The notes: generated from the sequence alone by a model not told the origin. Counted from the stretch's first letter, positions 25,032 through 38,591 are shown. The stretch: 64,000 nt of DNA from Owenia fusiformis (GCA_903813345.2 CAIIXF020000001.1:3410001-3474000), one strand, 5' to 3'. Program-made: numbers and translations.

Positions 25032-27072
25032 CAGAGCTGTCAAGTGTCCCGCTAATGGCGGGATTATCCCGCGAATTTGATCAAAATTAGGCTAATTCGC
25101 GTGTCCCGCAATGTCCCGCGAAGTCCCGCAAATGTGGCTTTGACCTCCGCGAATTTCCGAAATTATTGCAATCCCCTATATTGTGATAATCTTATCTTTT
25201 ATAAGAAGCTAAGTTTTTGCACTTTTGAGGAGTAAAGTTTATCTAATTTTAAGTACCTAGCGTGCTGTTGTTTGGTATCAAAATAAAGGGGAAAGGTTCA
25301 ACTTTCATTTTAATTACGAAAATAGGGATGTAGGTCACAAATAGTTCCAACGGTGGCCTTTTTACTACCCGTGTGGCCTTCATCTGAGAACTGAGCAAAT
25401 ATAAGCAAACGCGAGTTACAATAAATGGACGCTGATATCTAGAAAGGGTTTGTAGAAAAACACGGGTACCGGGTAGTAAATCCTCCATGCTGGGTTCAAA
25501 CTTGGTACCCGGTACCCGGTCAAAAAAACGGCAACCCAAAAAACGAAAAATACGAATATATAACATAATAGATTATGAGAAAACGTGTAAGATTTGTTTT
25601 GAATTTACAAAAATGTATATAACATCCTTCAAAATTGAGCTAGAAGCTTCAAATAAAAAGCATATTTTAAGGCTCTTTTCTTCCTCTATCGTCATGGCCA
25701 TATTTTCATTGGTTATGGGGGGGGGGGGCTGCGATCGCACAATCGCATCCTCTCCTGGCTACGCCTATGACATTGTAAGACATAACAATTAACAATTCAG
25801 TGGACATTTTGTCGAAAATTGGGATAACTTAAATTATGATTAATAATCAAAATCTTACACGTTGCATCATTTAAATTAACACACGTCACCTCTCTGCTAA
25901 AGCAACGATAGCTATTTACAGGTTTAAATCATAATCAAAACAATTCATGTACCAACATACGAAGTATTGAAAATAGAGTAAGATTGATTTGTCTTGTTTT
26001 TCAAATCGTCTTACAATGTCATTGGCGTAACCAGGAGGGGGTGCGATCGCACCCCCCCCCCCCTTCATTACCAATGGAAATTTGACCATGATGATAGAGG
26101 AAGAAAAGAGCCTTAAAATGCTTTTTATTTGAAGCTTCTAGCTCAATTTTGAAGGAAGTAACATACATTTTTATAATTCAAAACAAATCTTACACGTTTT
26201 CTATGATCTAATTATGTTGCATATTCGTATATTTCGTTTTTTGGGTACCCGTTTTTTTCGACCGGGTACCAAGTTTGAACCCAGCATGGAGGATTTACTA
26301 CCCAGTACCCGGTTTTTTCTACAAACCCTATCTAGAAAAGTAACCTCATTTCCTATAATTTGATGTAGATTAATCGAACCCCTATATCACGGGCTTTCAA
26401 TTGAAAGCCCATGCCTACAGTATATGAATAGGTACATTTTAATATATAACATTATGGGGGTAAGCGTTTCATAGTTGGTCACGACGCCAGAAGTGCAAAG
26501 TATTGTTCCGAATTTTTGAATTTCGTGTTAGATTACGGTACTCACACCTGAAGCATGGTTTTTGTTTTTGATAAATTACAATGAAGTATAATAATATTCC
26601 TATGCGTATTTTGTGAAATTGTGTTGACGTTTATTTAAGTTACAATGTAACGGTGCATTATATTTGATTAATCAGTATCTGGAAGTTTGATTTAAGTACT
26701 TTAACACGCTTTTACATTAGTCCCAATCACGCAAATCCCTTGAATGTCCCGGGACATCCTGCAAATTTAGGTGGATGTCCCGCGAAATCCCGCAAATTTA
26801 GGGCACTTTGTCTAAAAAATCTGTCCCTCTATGAAGTTTTTGGTGGTACCCCTGTTAACTGTCCCGCAATTAGGGTGTTTGTCCCTCGAATGGTCCCGCG
26901 AAATCCCGCGAATTTGATAAAAAAAAGGCCTATTAGCACAATCACGCAAATCCCTTAAATGTCCCGCGAAATCCCGCGAATTTAGTAGATGTCCCGCAAA
27001 ATCCCGCAAATTTTGGGCACTTGGTCTAAAAAATCTGTCCCGCGAGAAAATCTTTAGGGGTTGACAGTACTG
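25032..27072. mobile_element. hAT-like element with 6-bp TSD and TCCCGC subterminal repeats
   Basis: Termini CAGAGCTGTCAA / TTGACAGTACTG with TATATG duplicated at 25026-25031 and 27073-27078. Confidence 0.75.
25446..26328. mobile_element. Foldback MITE with ~330-bp TIRs (Mutator/MULE-like)
   Basis: GGGTTTGTAGAAAAA... / ...TTTTTCTACAAACCC with TATCTAGAAA directly repeated on both flanks (10 bp; 8 bp if the termini are taken 1 nt wider). Confidence 0.8.
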
Positions 27073-29801
27073 TATATGTTTAAAAAAATGTTCATATTTG
27101 CGAACAAATAGTTCAGAAGACAACAGAATCTTCGATTTAATTCCTCAGTTACATAAACGGTATTTCGATAAACAATTAAGATCTGCACTTTTAACCCAAA
27201 CCGTTTATTTAACTTAAGTAAGGAATTAAATCAACAATTCTGTGAGAAAAAAACATCGTGGGGATTCTGCCTACAACGTGTGAAAAAAAGGAAAAAAGAA
27301 ATATCGTACTTTCGACGTTTAGACATTTTGTTACCGAAACGACAAGCGTAATCGAGCGGATCACCAGTGCTTTTGGTAATTTAAAAACAACCGCTTGTTT
27401 TCTCAAGAACTCACTCTTTTTTATCTGCCTCAATGACAGCTTCTTGTCTATGCCATATATAACCTGAATGCGTTGTCACACCCCAGAAAAGAAACAAGAT
27501 ATTGTCACAGACCACTTTTCCCAAAGACAATCTTATTTCATTTATATTCCAACATTTTGTTTCTTGGGTTGCTGCTTTTGGTTCAGGTTTGAAGAAAATG
27601 TTGAAGTTTGTGTTTTGTGCATGATAAATGAGAAGCACAAGGAGATCTGTATGAGTACTGTATTTGAGGTTTGGACACTTTGGATTGCAGTTTTCACAAT
27701 CACAATATCTGCATCAGATTCTGAATGCAGCACATGTACACTCAATGTTTTCCAACCTGACAGACAGAATTACCATCATTCCTATGCACTGAAATTATAT
27801 TAATGAAAGACTCCCCAGATATCTGAGATTTTAATGTTCTCTGTCAGTTTAAATTCCGTTTAATAACCATAAATTCGTTTCTACAGCATTATACATCCAA
27901 TTGATAGTTCCATAGTTATGTACTCTTATGTAATGATTTATTTATCTGATGAATTTAAATATATGCAAATTTTGTAATTGCAGATTGTAATTAATAATTT
28001 AAACAATATTAAATTCTACAAAATCTACAACTTACATTATTTAGATAAGCCTAGTATAGAGCAGTTATCAAATACCCTAATATCAGAGTGGTGATATGTA
28101 AATTATTCTTCAAATAAAAGTGAGGTCACCTTAACATTTCACCTGGTGCAACTAATAATTCCTATTTTTCATACTAATAAGGTATAAACCTTCACAAAAC
28201 TTGTATTTTAGATGATGACAAGCCTATATAAATGATTTAGATGTCAACTCTAATACAAATGTGATGCATTGTGGGAGTTAATCATCAAAACTATAGTCTC
28301 CCCTATAGTGGGCGGGGCAAAACTATGAAAATGAAATAATTTTTTTCTTCCTAAGTATACACCTTAGAATTCTGACACTCACCAAATATAAAGTTCATAT
28401 CAATATGTAACACCATGATTTTTTTCATGCTTTTCTGACAAACTGATCCTAAAATATGTAAATAGATATGCGATAACATGCCTGTTTTGTGGCCTATTTT
28501 GTTATACTTTGGGGTCAAATGACCAATTACTGGTCTCAAAATTGATTAAAATAATATTTAAATTATTTGTGAATATGTGATCTATCATAATAAAGCTTGA
28601 ATACTTGACTAAAGTATTCCATTTGGGAAGAAAAAATTGTTTCCTACCAATACTCAATTTTGGGGTAGGGTTGTTGGGGGTACCTAGGAAGTGAAATTTC
28701 ATATTTGTCCACTGCATACATTTTTCTATATTTTTGATATGTTTTTCAACTGATATTAATACATAATATAAGACTAATTTAAAAACTGTTGCAATTTTTG
28801 GGATGTTTGGGCCTTTTATGAGCCCATTTGCTTGGCCTATGATGCATCACACTCCATCTAACTTTTCAACCATATAAATCTGAAACAATAACATTAGTCT
28901 GTAAAATTTGAACCAAATAACTACAATTAGATTCATCGGAGATTGTATTTCTTCTGAAAAAGAGGCCATTTTTTAAGATAATTCATTCTTAGTTAAATCT
29001 CTTGACTGGGAATTATGGATTTAATCAGAAATAACATCTTGAACAACCCTTATACAAGTATAATACAGTGTGGAACATAAAATCCCTCCCTATATACTTC
29101 CCTACCTAGGTTTGTAGAAGGTATGTTAGTGTGATGACATAGAGCTTGATTCAAGACTAAAGATAAACTTTATGCACACGCATTTCAATTTCAATTTTAA
29201 GGATAAAAGCTGAAATGTTTTGACAAACAAAAAGGGAGATGTTAAAGTGACCTTAGTGCAGGTTTTTTAACGGCACATCAAATCAAAGGTACAAAATATA
29301 CTGAAAATGTGCATTTAATTCTGCTTTTACCACAAGGTCCACCCTTAATATCATGAAAACTGGTGAATATTTATATAAGAGGAATAAGCACAAACAGGAA
29401 TTAGAAGCCTTCCACTTACCGTATTCTCACTGATAAGCGCACAGTGCACTTCCCAAAATAAAATTTAAAAGGGAGATTCTAATAAGAACACATACAAGGC
29501 AATCTGAATTAGATTTTGAATATAACCAAAATTGAGTAGCCATTTACAAGAAGTGCTGATTTTAAAAGCAATATTTCCTTCAGGTAAAAACAAAGAGAGT
29601 GCATCAATCAATCAACCCATTCCGGCCATATAAGCATTATGTTAAAGGTATAGCCAGTAAATTACTTTTTACATACGGACAAAAGGCTTTGCTATATCCC
29701 TTCTCAAATTTTGTTCAGTGGGATAATTAACCGACACAAATTGTTATAACCATAAACATTTTTATCAAAACAGATATAAATTATTTAGGTTAAGAAGTAA
29801 A

Positions 29802-31161
29802 ATGGCACTGCTAAAAGGAGTTTCACATCTTTTTCGAACGAGCTCTAAATACTTTGGTGCAAGTGGCTTGCAGAATCGTTGGTATTCTGAAGAGGTTAAA
29901 AAAGCACACAAAAAGCAAAATACTGAGATTATGTTCTCAATGGTAAGCAGGATAGTTTTTCTAAAAATTCATATATGAAGTATTTGTAGTTCAGCAATGT
30001 TGTATATCAATTAACCTTTTTTATTTTTGTGAATGGATTTTGGATTGAGTGTATTGAATGGACTATTGCAAAACACTTTTCTCATTTTTTTAGAATTGGG
30101 AAGATGTTGCACCAATAAGACATGCAATGGGAATCAAAAGTGGAGACAGAATCTTCACAATTGCATCATGTGGTGCCAATGCTATGACCCTTCTCCTGGA
30201 TGATCCTGCTGAAGTTGTGGCCCTAGATTTATCAATTCCACAGCTACATTTGGCAAAGTTACAAGCAGCTTGCATCAAACATCTGACGTACCAAGAGTTC
30301 ATTGACTTTGCTGGAGTTGACAGAGAAAATGTAAAAGCTGAGGAGCGTGTCCGCATATATGAAAACATCAGGAAAGCATTAGAATCAGATGTAAGAGAGT
30401 TTTGGGACTCAATGACACCTGAAATAGAGTTTGGCATTATACATTGTGGAACATATGACACAATTTTCAGGAATACTGCTGAGGATATGGTCTATGTTGC
30501 ACTTGATACACGTGACATCAAAACATTCCTGGAAATGGGTGATGATATTGAGGAACAGGCTAACTTCTTTGAAGAAGTGATTAACACCAAACACTGGAGA
30601 AAAGCAATGTATAGGCTGACCTACCATACAACAAAGGATATGGACTTCTCCATCATTCCAGATGTGGATTATGCAACATTTTACTACAGGAGAATGGTTG
30701 ATGTTTATAAGAGCATTCCAATGAAGGAAAACTATTTTGGAGAATACCTTTTCACTGGCGGATACTCTGGGAAAAACAAGCTCAGAGATTACCTTCAAGA
30801 AGAGAACTTTGCTGTAATGAAAGATCGTGTTGAACGCTTGCAGTGGGTCCATGGAGAACTCACAGATTGGCTTGCCAAGTACCCTGCAAGCACTCAGCCA
30901 CTAAAGTTTGATGGCATCTGTATATCTAACATAACAGACTGGCTATCCTTAGCAAACCACAATGCAGCAATTGAATCAGCTGTCAAAATCTGCAATCCAG
31001 GTGGACGAATCATGTTTTGGAATTTAAAAGGCATGTCCAAATACTGGCCAAGTGAAATGATTGACAAAGCAATCAAGGTTGAACATGAAATTGAAACTTC
31101 GGCAACATTACTAGATCGAGCAGTTGTCTGGGAGCCACTCAGGGTTGCAACAGTTATATAG
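29802..31161 (+). CDS. BtaA-like / DUF3419 family SAM:diacylglycerol 3-amino-3-carboxypropyl transferase homologue, 402 aa, with predicted mitochondrial presequence
   Basis: Exon 29802-29942 (47 codons, donor GTAAGC) joins exon 30094-31161 (acceptor TTTTTTTAG) in phase 0. Motifs FSMNWED, GDRIFTIASCGANAMTLLLDDPAEVVALDLSIPQLHLAKL, ENYF, ISNITDWL, PGGRIMFWN and LDR match the BtaA/DUF3419 pattern. AATAAA at ~31186. Confidence 0.85.
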
Positions 31162-32126
31162 ACATTTTGATAAATTGAACAAAGTAATAAAATTGTATGG
31201 CCATCAAGTGACATTTCATTAAGCATACCTTTAGCACCTAAGACTTATAACCAGATGTCAAAACCGAAAAATGAGTCGATAATGCTAATAAATAAGCAAG
31301 CTGGATACTTATTAGGTTCAGACCTGAGCACCCACAGCTATTTCTGATGCTACGTTACCATAAAATAAAACAAATGACAAGGTAATCTAGATAACAGAAG
31401 TAGGAAAACAATAAACATATCAAGGGCATTAATTTAAGGAGAAAGTACAAAACACACAACTTTTCAAATATATAAGGGCAAAAATGTTTTCTGAGCTATC
31501 TCCAGGGTTCAGAACATTTTTTTAATTTTCCTATTGAAGCCAAAAGTTTTTTTAACACCATCATTCAGTGAAATGTGAACTATAACAGATACAGGCCTAA
31601 AGCTTTTTCATAAAAGACCCAGGTCTTCATGAACTAAAGAGTTACCCCTGTATCTAAATAGAAACTTATCAAGGCTGACAGTATATCCTTATGAGAGTAG
31701 AGCAGTACAATATGTCACATAAAATAACATTTTTATATCTAAGTAAACAACTTGAAAACTAGAAAACAGCAACTCCCAAAAGAAGGAATTCCCAAAAAAT
31801 AGATGGTATTTGAGTTATCGGAAATTTTTTCATGGTTGATTATAAAACTATTTTAGTTTTGATTTGAGTCCTGGGTCCATTGTATAATCTATTATAAAAT
31901 ACTGTAATAAAAAAACAATATTACACTCTCCAAGTACATGCACACTGATATTCCAATTAAAACCAATACTGAAATTCTAAAAAAAAAGATTTTCCATCCT
32001 TTCTTTTTATGGTAAAATATTATTTTGAAAAAATTCAATAATTCCAAAGAAAAGTATACATTTTCACAATAATATGTACATTGACCTTTTTCAACAGAGT
32101 GCAATATTATATTTCACCTAAATGTA

Positions 32127-33493
32127 AACCAGAACAACGGCAACGCCAAAGCGTAGCGAATCCCATCGAACAGAAATGGCTGGCATTTTTACAAACGAAT
32201 AGCAAACATCATAAAACAACACACCAGAAAGGCCACCATTTTCAAAATGGTTGCTCACTAGCCAAGATGTCATCAGAAGAAATAATATGCTTTTAAGTAG
32301 CCACCTCTAAAATCTTTGAAAAATCATACATGTACTTGTAAAATAACACACATAAAAATGGTGGCCATTTTTCACAATGGCCAACTACTCCCCAAAGTTT
32401 TATTAGACAATGTGCCATGCTTAAAGTATTCACATATCAAATATGAACAAAATCGCTCCATTACTTTTCGAGTTATAGTAAAATACGTTAAAATGGCGGC
32501 CATTTTTCAAAATAGCCACCTTCGACCAAAAGTGTCATTAGAAATAGACAGTGTGCCATGCTTATAGTATTCACATACCAAATATGAACAAAATCGCTCC
32601 ACGACTTTTCGAGTTATAGTAAAATACGTTAAAATGGCAGCCATTTTTCAAAATTTTTTTCAAAATGGCCGCCTTCTACCAAAAGTGTCATGGGACAGTG
32701 TGCCATGCTTATAAATAGTATTCACATACCAAATATGAACAAAATCAGTCCACTACTTTTCGAGTTATAGTAAAATCCGTTAAAATGGCGGCCATTTTTC
32801 AAAATTTTTTTCAAAATGGCTGCCTTCTACCAAAGGTGTCATAGGACAGTGTGCCATGCTCATAGTATTCACATACCAATTATGAAAAAATCGCTCCACT
32901 ACTTTTCGAGTTATAGTAAAATACGTTAAAATGGCGGCCATTTTTCAGTTATAGTAAAATACATTAAAATGGCGGCCATTTTTCAAAATGGCCGCCTTCT
33001 AACAAAAGTGTCTTTAGACAGTGTGCAATGCTTATAGTATTCACATACCAAATATGAACAAAATCGCTCCACTATTTTTTGAGTTACAGCAAAAATCGTA
33101 AAATGACGAGTAAAGGCCGCCATTTTTCAAGATGGCTGCCATGTGCTTCTTTAATATCTACATTTGTAGCATTATTAATGCCCCTTATAATTTTTTTTAC
33201 ATTTAAAACATATTGCTATTACAGTTTTACATATTGCACCTAAATTACTGTAAAATCGGCCCTAAAATGGCCGCCATTTTGAAATGAGCCGCCATTTTGA
33301 AAATCGGCTTTCGAGCAGAACTTCTACCCCCATAGGTTATATGTGTACAAAATATGAACAAAATCGGGCCAACAGTATTTGAGTTATTGCCCGGACGGAC
33401 GGACGTACGGACGGACGGACGGACGGACGGACGGACGGACGGACGGACGGAGGCGTTCCCTATATCCCTCCAAACTTCGTTCGATGGGATAAT
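32127..33493. mobile_element. Helentron-like (HINE) family D element with ~145-bp central tandem repeats and (ACGG)n
   Basis: Perfect 12-bp subterminal inverted repeat ATCCCATCGAAC (~32160) / GTTCGATGGGAT (~33479). (ACGG)n at ~33392-33450. Internal units carry AAAATGGCGGCCATTTT. Confidence 0.8.
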
Positions 33494-34834
33494 TATGACA
33501 ATATTTCATCATTTTGGGAGAATGCAAATAGATTATGAACTGAGTGGCATGTTATTTTCCCGGACAGGGTGTAGCACTCAGTTGCTATAACGCTGGCAAG
33601 ATCTGGGCTCAGTATAATCCTGTTTAAAAATTACATGGTTTACACCAAAGTAACAAAGCATGCATTACAGTTTCAATATGCAAAATTATCAAACATGAAT
33701 CACATCACTTTATTCCATTAGTGTCATGTGAATCTGAAAATAACTTGAAACATGTAGAAGCAAAAAACATCACAAGAGGTTTTCAATACATTGAGTTGAC
33801 ATTAATTGTTCATTTGAATAGCATTAACTACATATATACATGTTTTTCTCCATTTATTAATTTCCCTTGGAGCTAGCGTACAACTGGAAATGTATCCAAT
33901 CTATTGTTTTCCTAAACTTGAAAATTGGATTTTGGTGAAACTTTGCACTTTTGTTACAATTTATAATGTCAAAGATTTCCAAATGTTTCTTTAGCAAGAG
34001 AATAAGGCCTGGTGTTTTCTAACTCGCATTCAGGGTTGCACTATTAAGGGGTCCATTTTTGAAAACATTTTAACATTCAATTTAGTTGCAAGTCGATCAA
34101 TGTTACTCTTGTTTTCAGGGAATCTTTATGAATGTTCCAAGAACTGAATGCAGTACCACTGAAAAAATTTATAGAATTCATTCTGATTCATTGCTTTATA
34201 AAATAATAACAAGGTGTCAACTGAAACATTCAGTTTGTTTTTAGATGCATGAAACACATAAAAAGGCATTTATTGCTTGCTTAAATAATATTTATTCCTT
34301 TTTACATGTTCTTATCATTTATTTAAATTACACTTATTTTTGTTATGTCTTTTGGTGATCTGTTCGTTAAATTTTAACAATAATGACATAACAATAGTAA
34401 TAGTAACAGGATTAAATGGCATATGCATTTCTTGAAGAATCATGAATATATCACAAAGATGTAACATTACAAAAATTAATCTTGAAAATATTGCTAAATT
34501 ACTGTAGCTGTCTGTAGGACTCTAAATGTGCTAATTCATAACATTAAATACATTCTATTGCTTTCAGACTGCAATCCAAAGTAAACTACACAAGCTATTA
34601 CAAATACAAGAATGGATGTCTCTCAATATATTTCGAATAGACAGCAAAGAATGCAAATTCAGCATTATAAAGTCTGTCACCTAATTTAGGTTTAATATTT
34701 AATTCAAATATGAACTCACAAACATGAATACAACAGTGATACTAATATGCATAAGTAAATGATCTTTTTGTGATTTTCTTGCACAAAGATAGATTAGAAT
34801 CAATATCATTTTCTCAAGCAGATAAATCCAATTA

Positions 34835-35759
34835 CCATATTCTCTGTAATTAGCGCCCACCCCCTAATAAGCACCCACCCGCTTCACAAAGTTAAAGTAC
34901 AAATATATCAGAAAAAATCACATTCCCAAAGAAATTCGAGTGGGCGATAATAGAGTACTTATACTAAACTGATGTAAATGTGACACATTTTGCAAGTCGA
35001 TGCGTCCTCCCAATAAATATCTATCCTTGGCTGCTTCCCACATCATACTCAACTAATATTATCTCAAAATAGTCCATAATGAATGAAAAAAACGTTTGAG
35101 TTTTGAGAACTTAGATCAGCATTTTACCAAGATAGTTTCTGCGCGGGATTTCTCTATACCTCAAAAGATTGTTACATTTTTCATTTCTTCTTAATATTTC
35201 TTGCCTTTAACAAGACTTCACACGAAAAACGACGATCTATCATCAAATTAAAAAGACAAGGCATTAACATGACAAAATGTCACCACCTAGTTGCTCACAA
35301 TATTATGAGTTTAATCTTAAGTCAGATTTGAATTTCTGAGAACTTGTAGATGATTTTGAAAAAATGAATCAGTCAATTTGAAGTAAGTTGAAAAAAGACC
35401 TTTTTGACCCTGAGAAGGTCATCGGGGGAAAACAATTCCTTCAATTCGAGGGGCTCTGTTGGGGATTTCTTCAATCACTGTCAATATTGTCTATAGTTAG
35501 ATTCTTGCATGATCTTTGCTTTATTTTAGCGATCTTTACCGTAATCTCGCCAATAACAATACATGTCATTATTGTAAAAATATGCTATTACTTCATTTTG
35601 ATGTTGCAAATAAGGCATTCTTGGCAGGAAAAATTCCCATGCATGAAAAACCTGGGGATTTTTGACTTCTTTCATATATTGGCGGCGCTTATTAGAATGG
35701 TCTGAAAGATGTATTTTCAATTGTCTAAATGCCCCAGGCGCTAATTACAGAGAACACGG
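34835..35759. mobile_element. pogo/Tigger-like MITE
   Basis: TIR CCATATTCTCTGTAATTAGCGCC / GGCGCTAATTACAGAGAACACGG flanked by TA on both sides. Confidence 0.8.
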
Positions 35760-36304
35760 TATGGATGTTGATCTTTTATTTATATGGCAACATGCTGCTC
35801 TCATATTAAAATGACAGTTTTTGATTATGGTAAGCTCGAATTTTATGAGTTTGAGAACTCACATTTCAAGCACTTAGCTTTTTCAAAGTAGCAATACACA
35901 GTAGAAACGAGAAAAAATAAAATGTAATTTTCAACAAAAAATGTTATTTGAGACATTTAGTCGGGGCCTTGGAGGAGATTCAAACATTTTCCAGATACAT
36001 GTATATCATTATCACTGTACATACATTCTGCAAATGTAAGAAATAACACTAAAACCTACAATGAAAAAGATGAGGAAATGACATTATCAAGAGAAAGTTA
36101 TGGTAAAATATGGTTAAGTTTTGCCAACTTTCAACATTTTTTGTGAAAATACTTATGGTACAATATGGTATCTTTTTAATCCTTTTCAACCACAGAACAA
36201 ACAGTCTGATGACCTATCAGTCTCAGCTGAGGCATTCTTGCTCCACATCTTTGTGAGAAAACTGATCATATAACTGTATCCTATTATAAAATTTAATACA
36301 TATA

Positions 36305-38591
36305 CGAGGGGTGATCCAAAAGTCTTGGACGCCCCGCTCTAACTTTGCTATTTTTTAATATAATTACATGAAACTTTCAGATAATAAAGAGCAACATCTT
36401 AACAACTTTATGTATAAGTTTCAACAGAAAATAATATATTTTAGCTACTTTTCTGAATATCTTTTAATACCGGGTCCCTGCCACCCGGAACGGTATTTAA
36501 AGATTGCAAATCACGTCACAACTGCTATAATATGACAAATAATTTAGGTGCAGGTGCACAACCTAACACCAGCCATGATATGAGAGAATATGAGAGTGTC
36601 ATCTGCCATCATCATCTTCACATATTCAGGCCTACTTTTCAACATATTTTCCACGAATTTGAACACATTTTTCATACCGCTTTACAGTGGAGACGATAAC
36701 CCCATTTAACGTGAAGTACGGCAATTGCCATGTTGCACGACAATTGACGTGAAATTATGAAGCATAAGTGCGCATGTCAATAGATAATAACGGCAATTGC
36801 CGTCATGTCAGTCAAGTGACGTGCAATATTTTGCACGGCAATTGACGTGCAAACTATTATCTTGTAAAAGTTTCTCATATTATCGGCAGGACAACAGGCA
36901 GTGGGTAAATCATGATCTGCATCGTATGTAATAGTTATAATCATAAACATTTGCTATTGTCCGGGTTGCATTTTGAACTAACAACTAATATGTTGTGCTT
37001 ACGTCAATGTTTACAAGAAATATTTATTCAACAGCAAACCGGAAGTAAACATATGATGAAAGAAAACTAATAAATTCTGATCTAATGAGGATAGGAATTT
37101 TAATTGTTCAAAATTCGTTTAAGGTATAATCATTAGATCATTGTAAAGAAGGTTTAAAAACTAAATCCAGCCAGAAAAAACGAAAAAAAATCAGCAACAC
37201 ACCGAGGTCAGGAAAACACTTCCGGCCAAAAAGAAGAGGGAAAGTAGACCCCATTTTAGTGATTTCCAGTGGTCTTTTCTCGGAATTGGGGCTCACGTTG
37301 TGTTAAGAGATTAAAATACCATTGGGTCAGTATCAATTTTGTCGTCAAACCCGTCGGAAAGACGATATCTAGACAATTGAAGGAGTATTAGTAATTCCAA
37401 TATGGCATTTTTCTAGGATTCGTGAGAGGTAACTTTGATTAGTTCTAGCGCAAAATTCCCACATAGGATCGCGAATTCCTGCATACAAGTGCTAGATTAG
37501 ATTAAATACTTGAAGAAAATGCAATAAAAAGCGTTCCATCGATCGATTTAGACTTTCCAAGAATGCAAGTTCGGTGGTGACTTCATTGGTTCGTAACATT
37601 GACAGAAAATTCACAAGATTGAACGGCATTTTTCTCCACAATTTTGGAATGAAATACTTCCCTGGGATTTAATATATCATAAATGTTTACCAAAGTATAC
37701 GTACTATAAAAGACATGTTACTTAGATTGTATATATATATTAAACGCTAGGTCTTCTAAATAACCTGGTGTTTAAATTATGATTACAATGGACATTATGC
37801 TTATTGGCGTGATTCACGTCAATTGACGTGCAAAATGGCGATCTCCGTGTTACACGTTAAATGGGGTTATCGTCTCCACTGCTTTAGCAATGAATGGAAG
37901 ACATTTATGAAACCGCCATTGCTTATGTGATACAAATGCTGCTGGAGTGCCACTCTAAACCTCATTCAATGAGTAAAAAACATTTTCTTTCAACCCTCCT
38001 TTCCACTTGGAGAAAAGGAAGAAAATCACACGAAGCCATAGATAGACAGTTTCGTGCATATGGTAGCTGCTCAAGGTCAATAACAGTGAAAATATCTTGT
38101 AGTATTCTTTGTTCCACTTTGATTTCTTTCGTGTTCTGCATTTCAGCAGCCATCTTGCAGCAAAAATGATGCCAGATTGAGGGTTGCTTGTCTGGTGGCA
38201 TTTTCTTAGAATTTGACATGTACGGCCATTGTCATATGTGACATCATATATAATTAAAACACAATTAATTGGTTGCCTAGTAACAAAGGAAGTAAACTAA
38301 GATGGTTTAACATTCAAAAAGAAAGAAAATATAGTGGTCAAGACTTGCGAAACAAGTGAAATGGTGGTAACATTTAAGGCTCAAAGTTGCTATGTGCGAA
38401 TACCGTTCCGGGTGGCAGGGTCCCTGTATTAAAAACTATCTAGAAAACTATATAAAATATATAATTTCTCCATGAAATTAGTACACAAAGTAGTTAGGTT
38501 GTTGGTCTTTAATACTGGAAAGTTTAAAGTAATTTCATCAAAAACCAACAAAAATAGAGCAGAGCGTCCAAGACTTTTGGATCACCCCTCG
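36305..38591 (-). mobile_element. Internally deleted mariner element with transposase C-terminal remnant
   Basis: TA TSD and TIR CGAGGGGTGATCCAAAAGTCTTGGACGC extending ~190 bp. Remnant reads MASCDF-FLF...FHSLLKRYEKCVQIRGKYVEK* once the inner insertion is removed. Confidence 0.85.
36685..37881. mobile_element. Non-autonomous TIR element, 29-bp perfect TIR, 5-bp TSD, nested in the mariner
   Basis: CAGTGGAGACGATAACCCCATTTAACGTG and its exact reverse complement. CTTTA duplicated at 36680-36684 and 37882-37886. Subterminal CAATTGACGTG repeats. Confidence 0.85.

Larger units (their letters stand above)
24895..27369. mobile_element. Non-autonomous TIR element with CACTGG termini (CMC/EnSpm-like)
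   Basis: ~120-bp imperfect TIRs beginning CACTGG and ending CCAGTG. It interrupts the transposase remnant. TSD not clean (TTT vs CTT). Confidence 0.65.
24477..27810 (-). pseudogene. Academ-like transposase remnant (C-terminal part), split by the 24895-27369 insertion
   Basis: Frameshifted and stopped segments read VLHSESDADIVIVKTAI...TDLLVLLIYHA...LGCDNAFRLY-GIDKK... then, after the insertion, ETLNYLRLLKF...QPRVLPPFSDAAEYHSYRVYHQIQEW...GW...IHCVCKADCISMRCSCRK...CSLTCKVCKGICAN. These match the DAD / DTD / GCD / LPP-H-R-Q-W / CXC motif series of Academ-type transposases. Confidence 0.8.
20614..28839 (-). mobile_element. Internally deleted Academ-superfamily DNA transposon carrying nested insertions
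   Basis: TAG...CTA termini with 3-bp TSD TGA (20611-20613, 28840-28842). Diverged TIRs of ~450 bp (20614-21029 plus 22312-22365 vs ~28350-28839). Contains Academ-like transposase remnants. Confidence 0.8.

Noticed and set aside
30090-31226. Three minus-strand ORFs overlapping the BtaA-like gene (similarly plus-strand ORFs within the LINE)
   Set aside because: Antisense shadows of real coding sequence, with no recognisable motifs.
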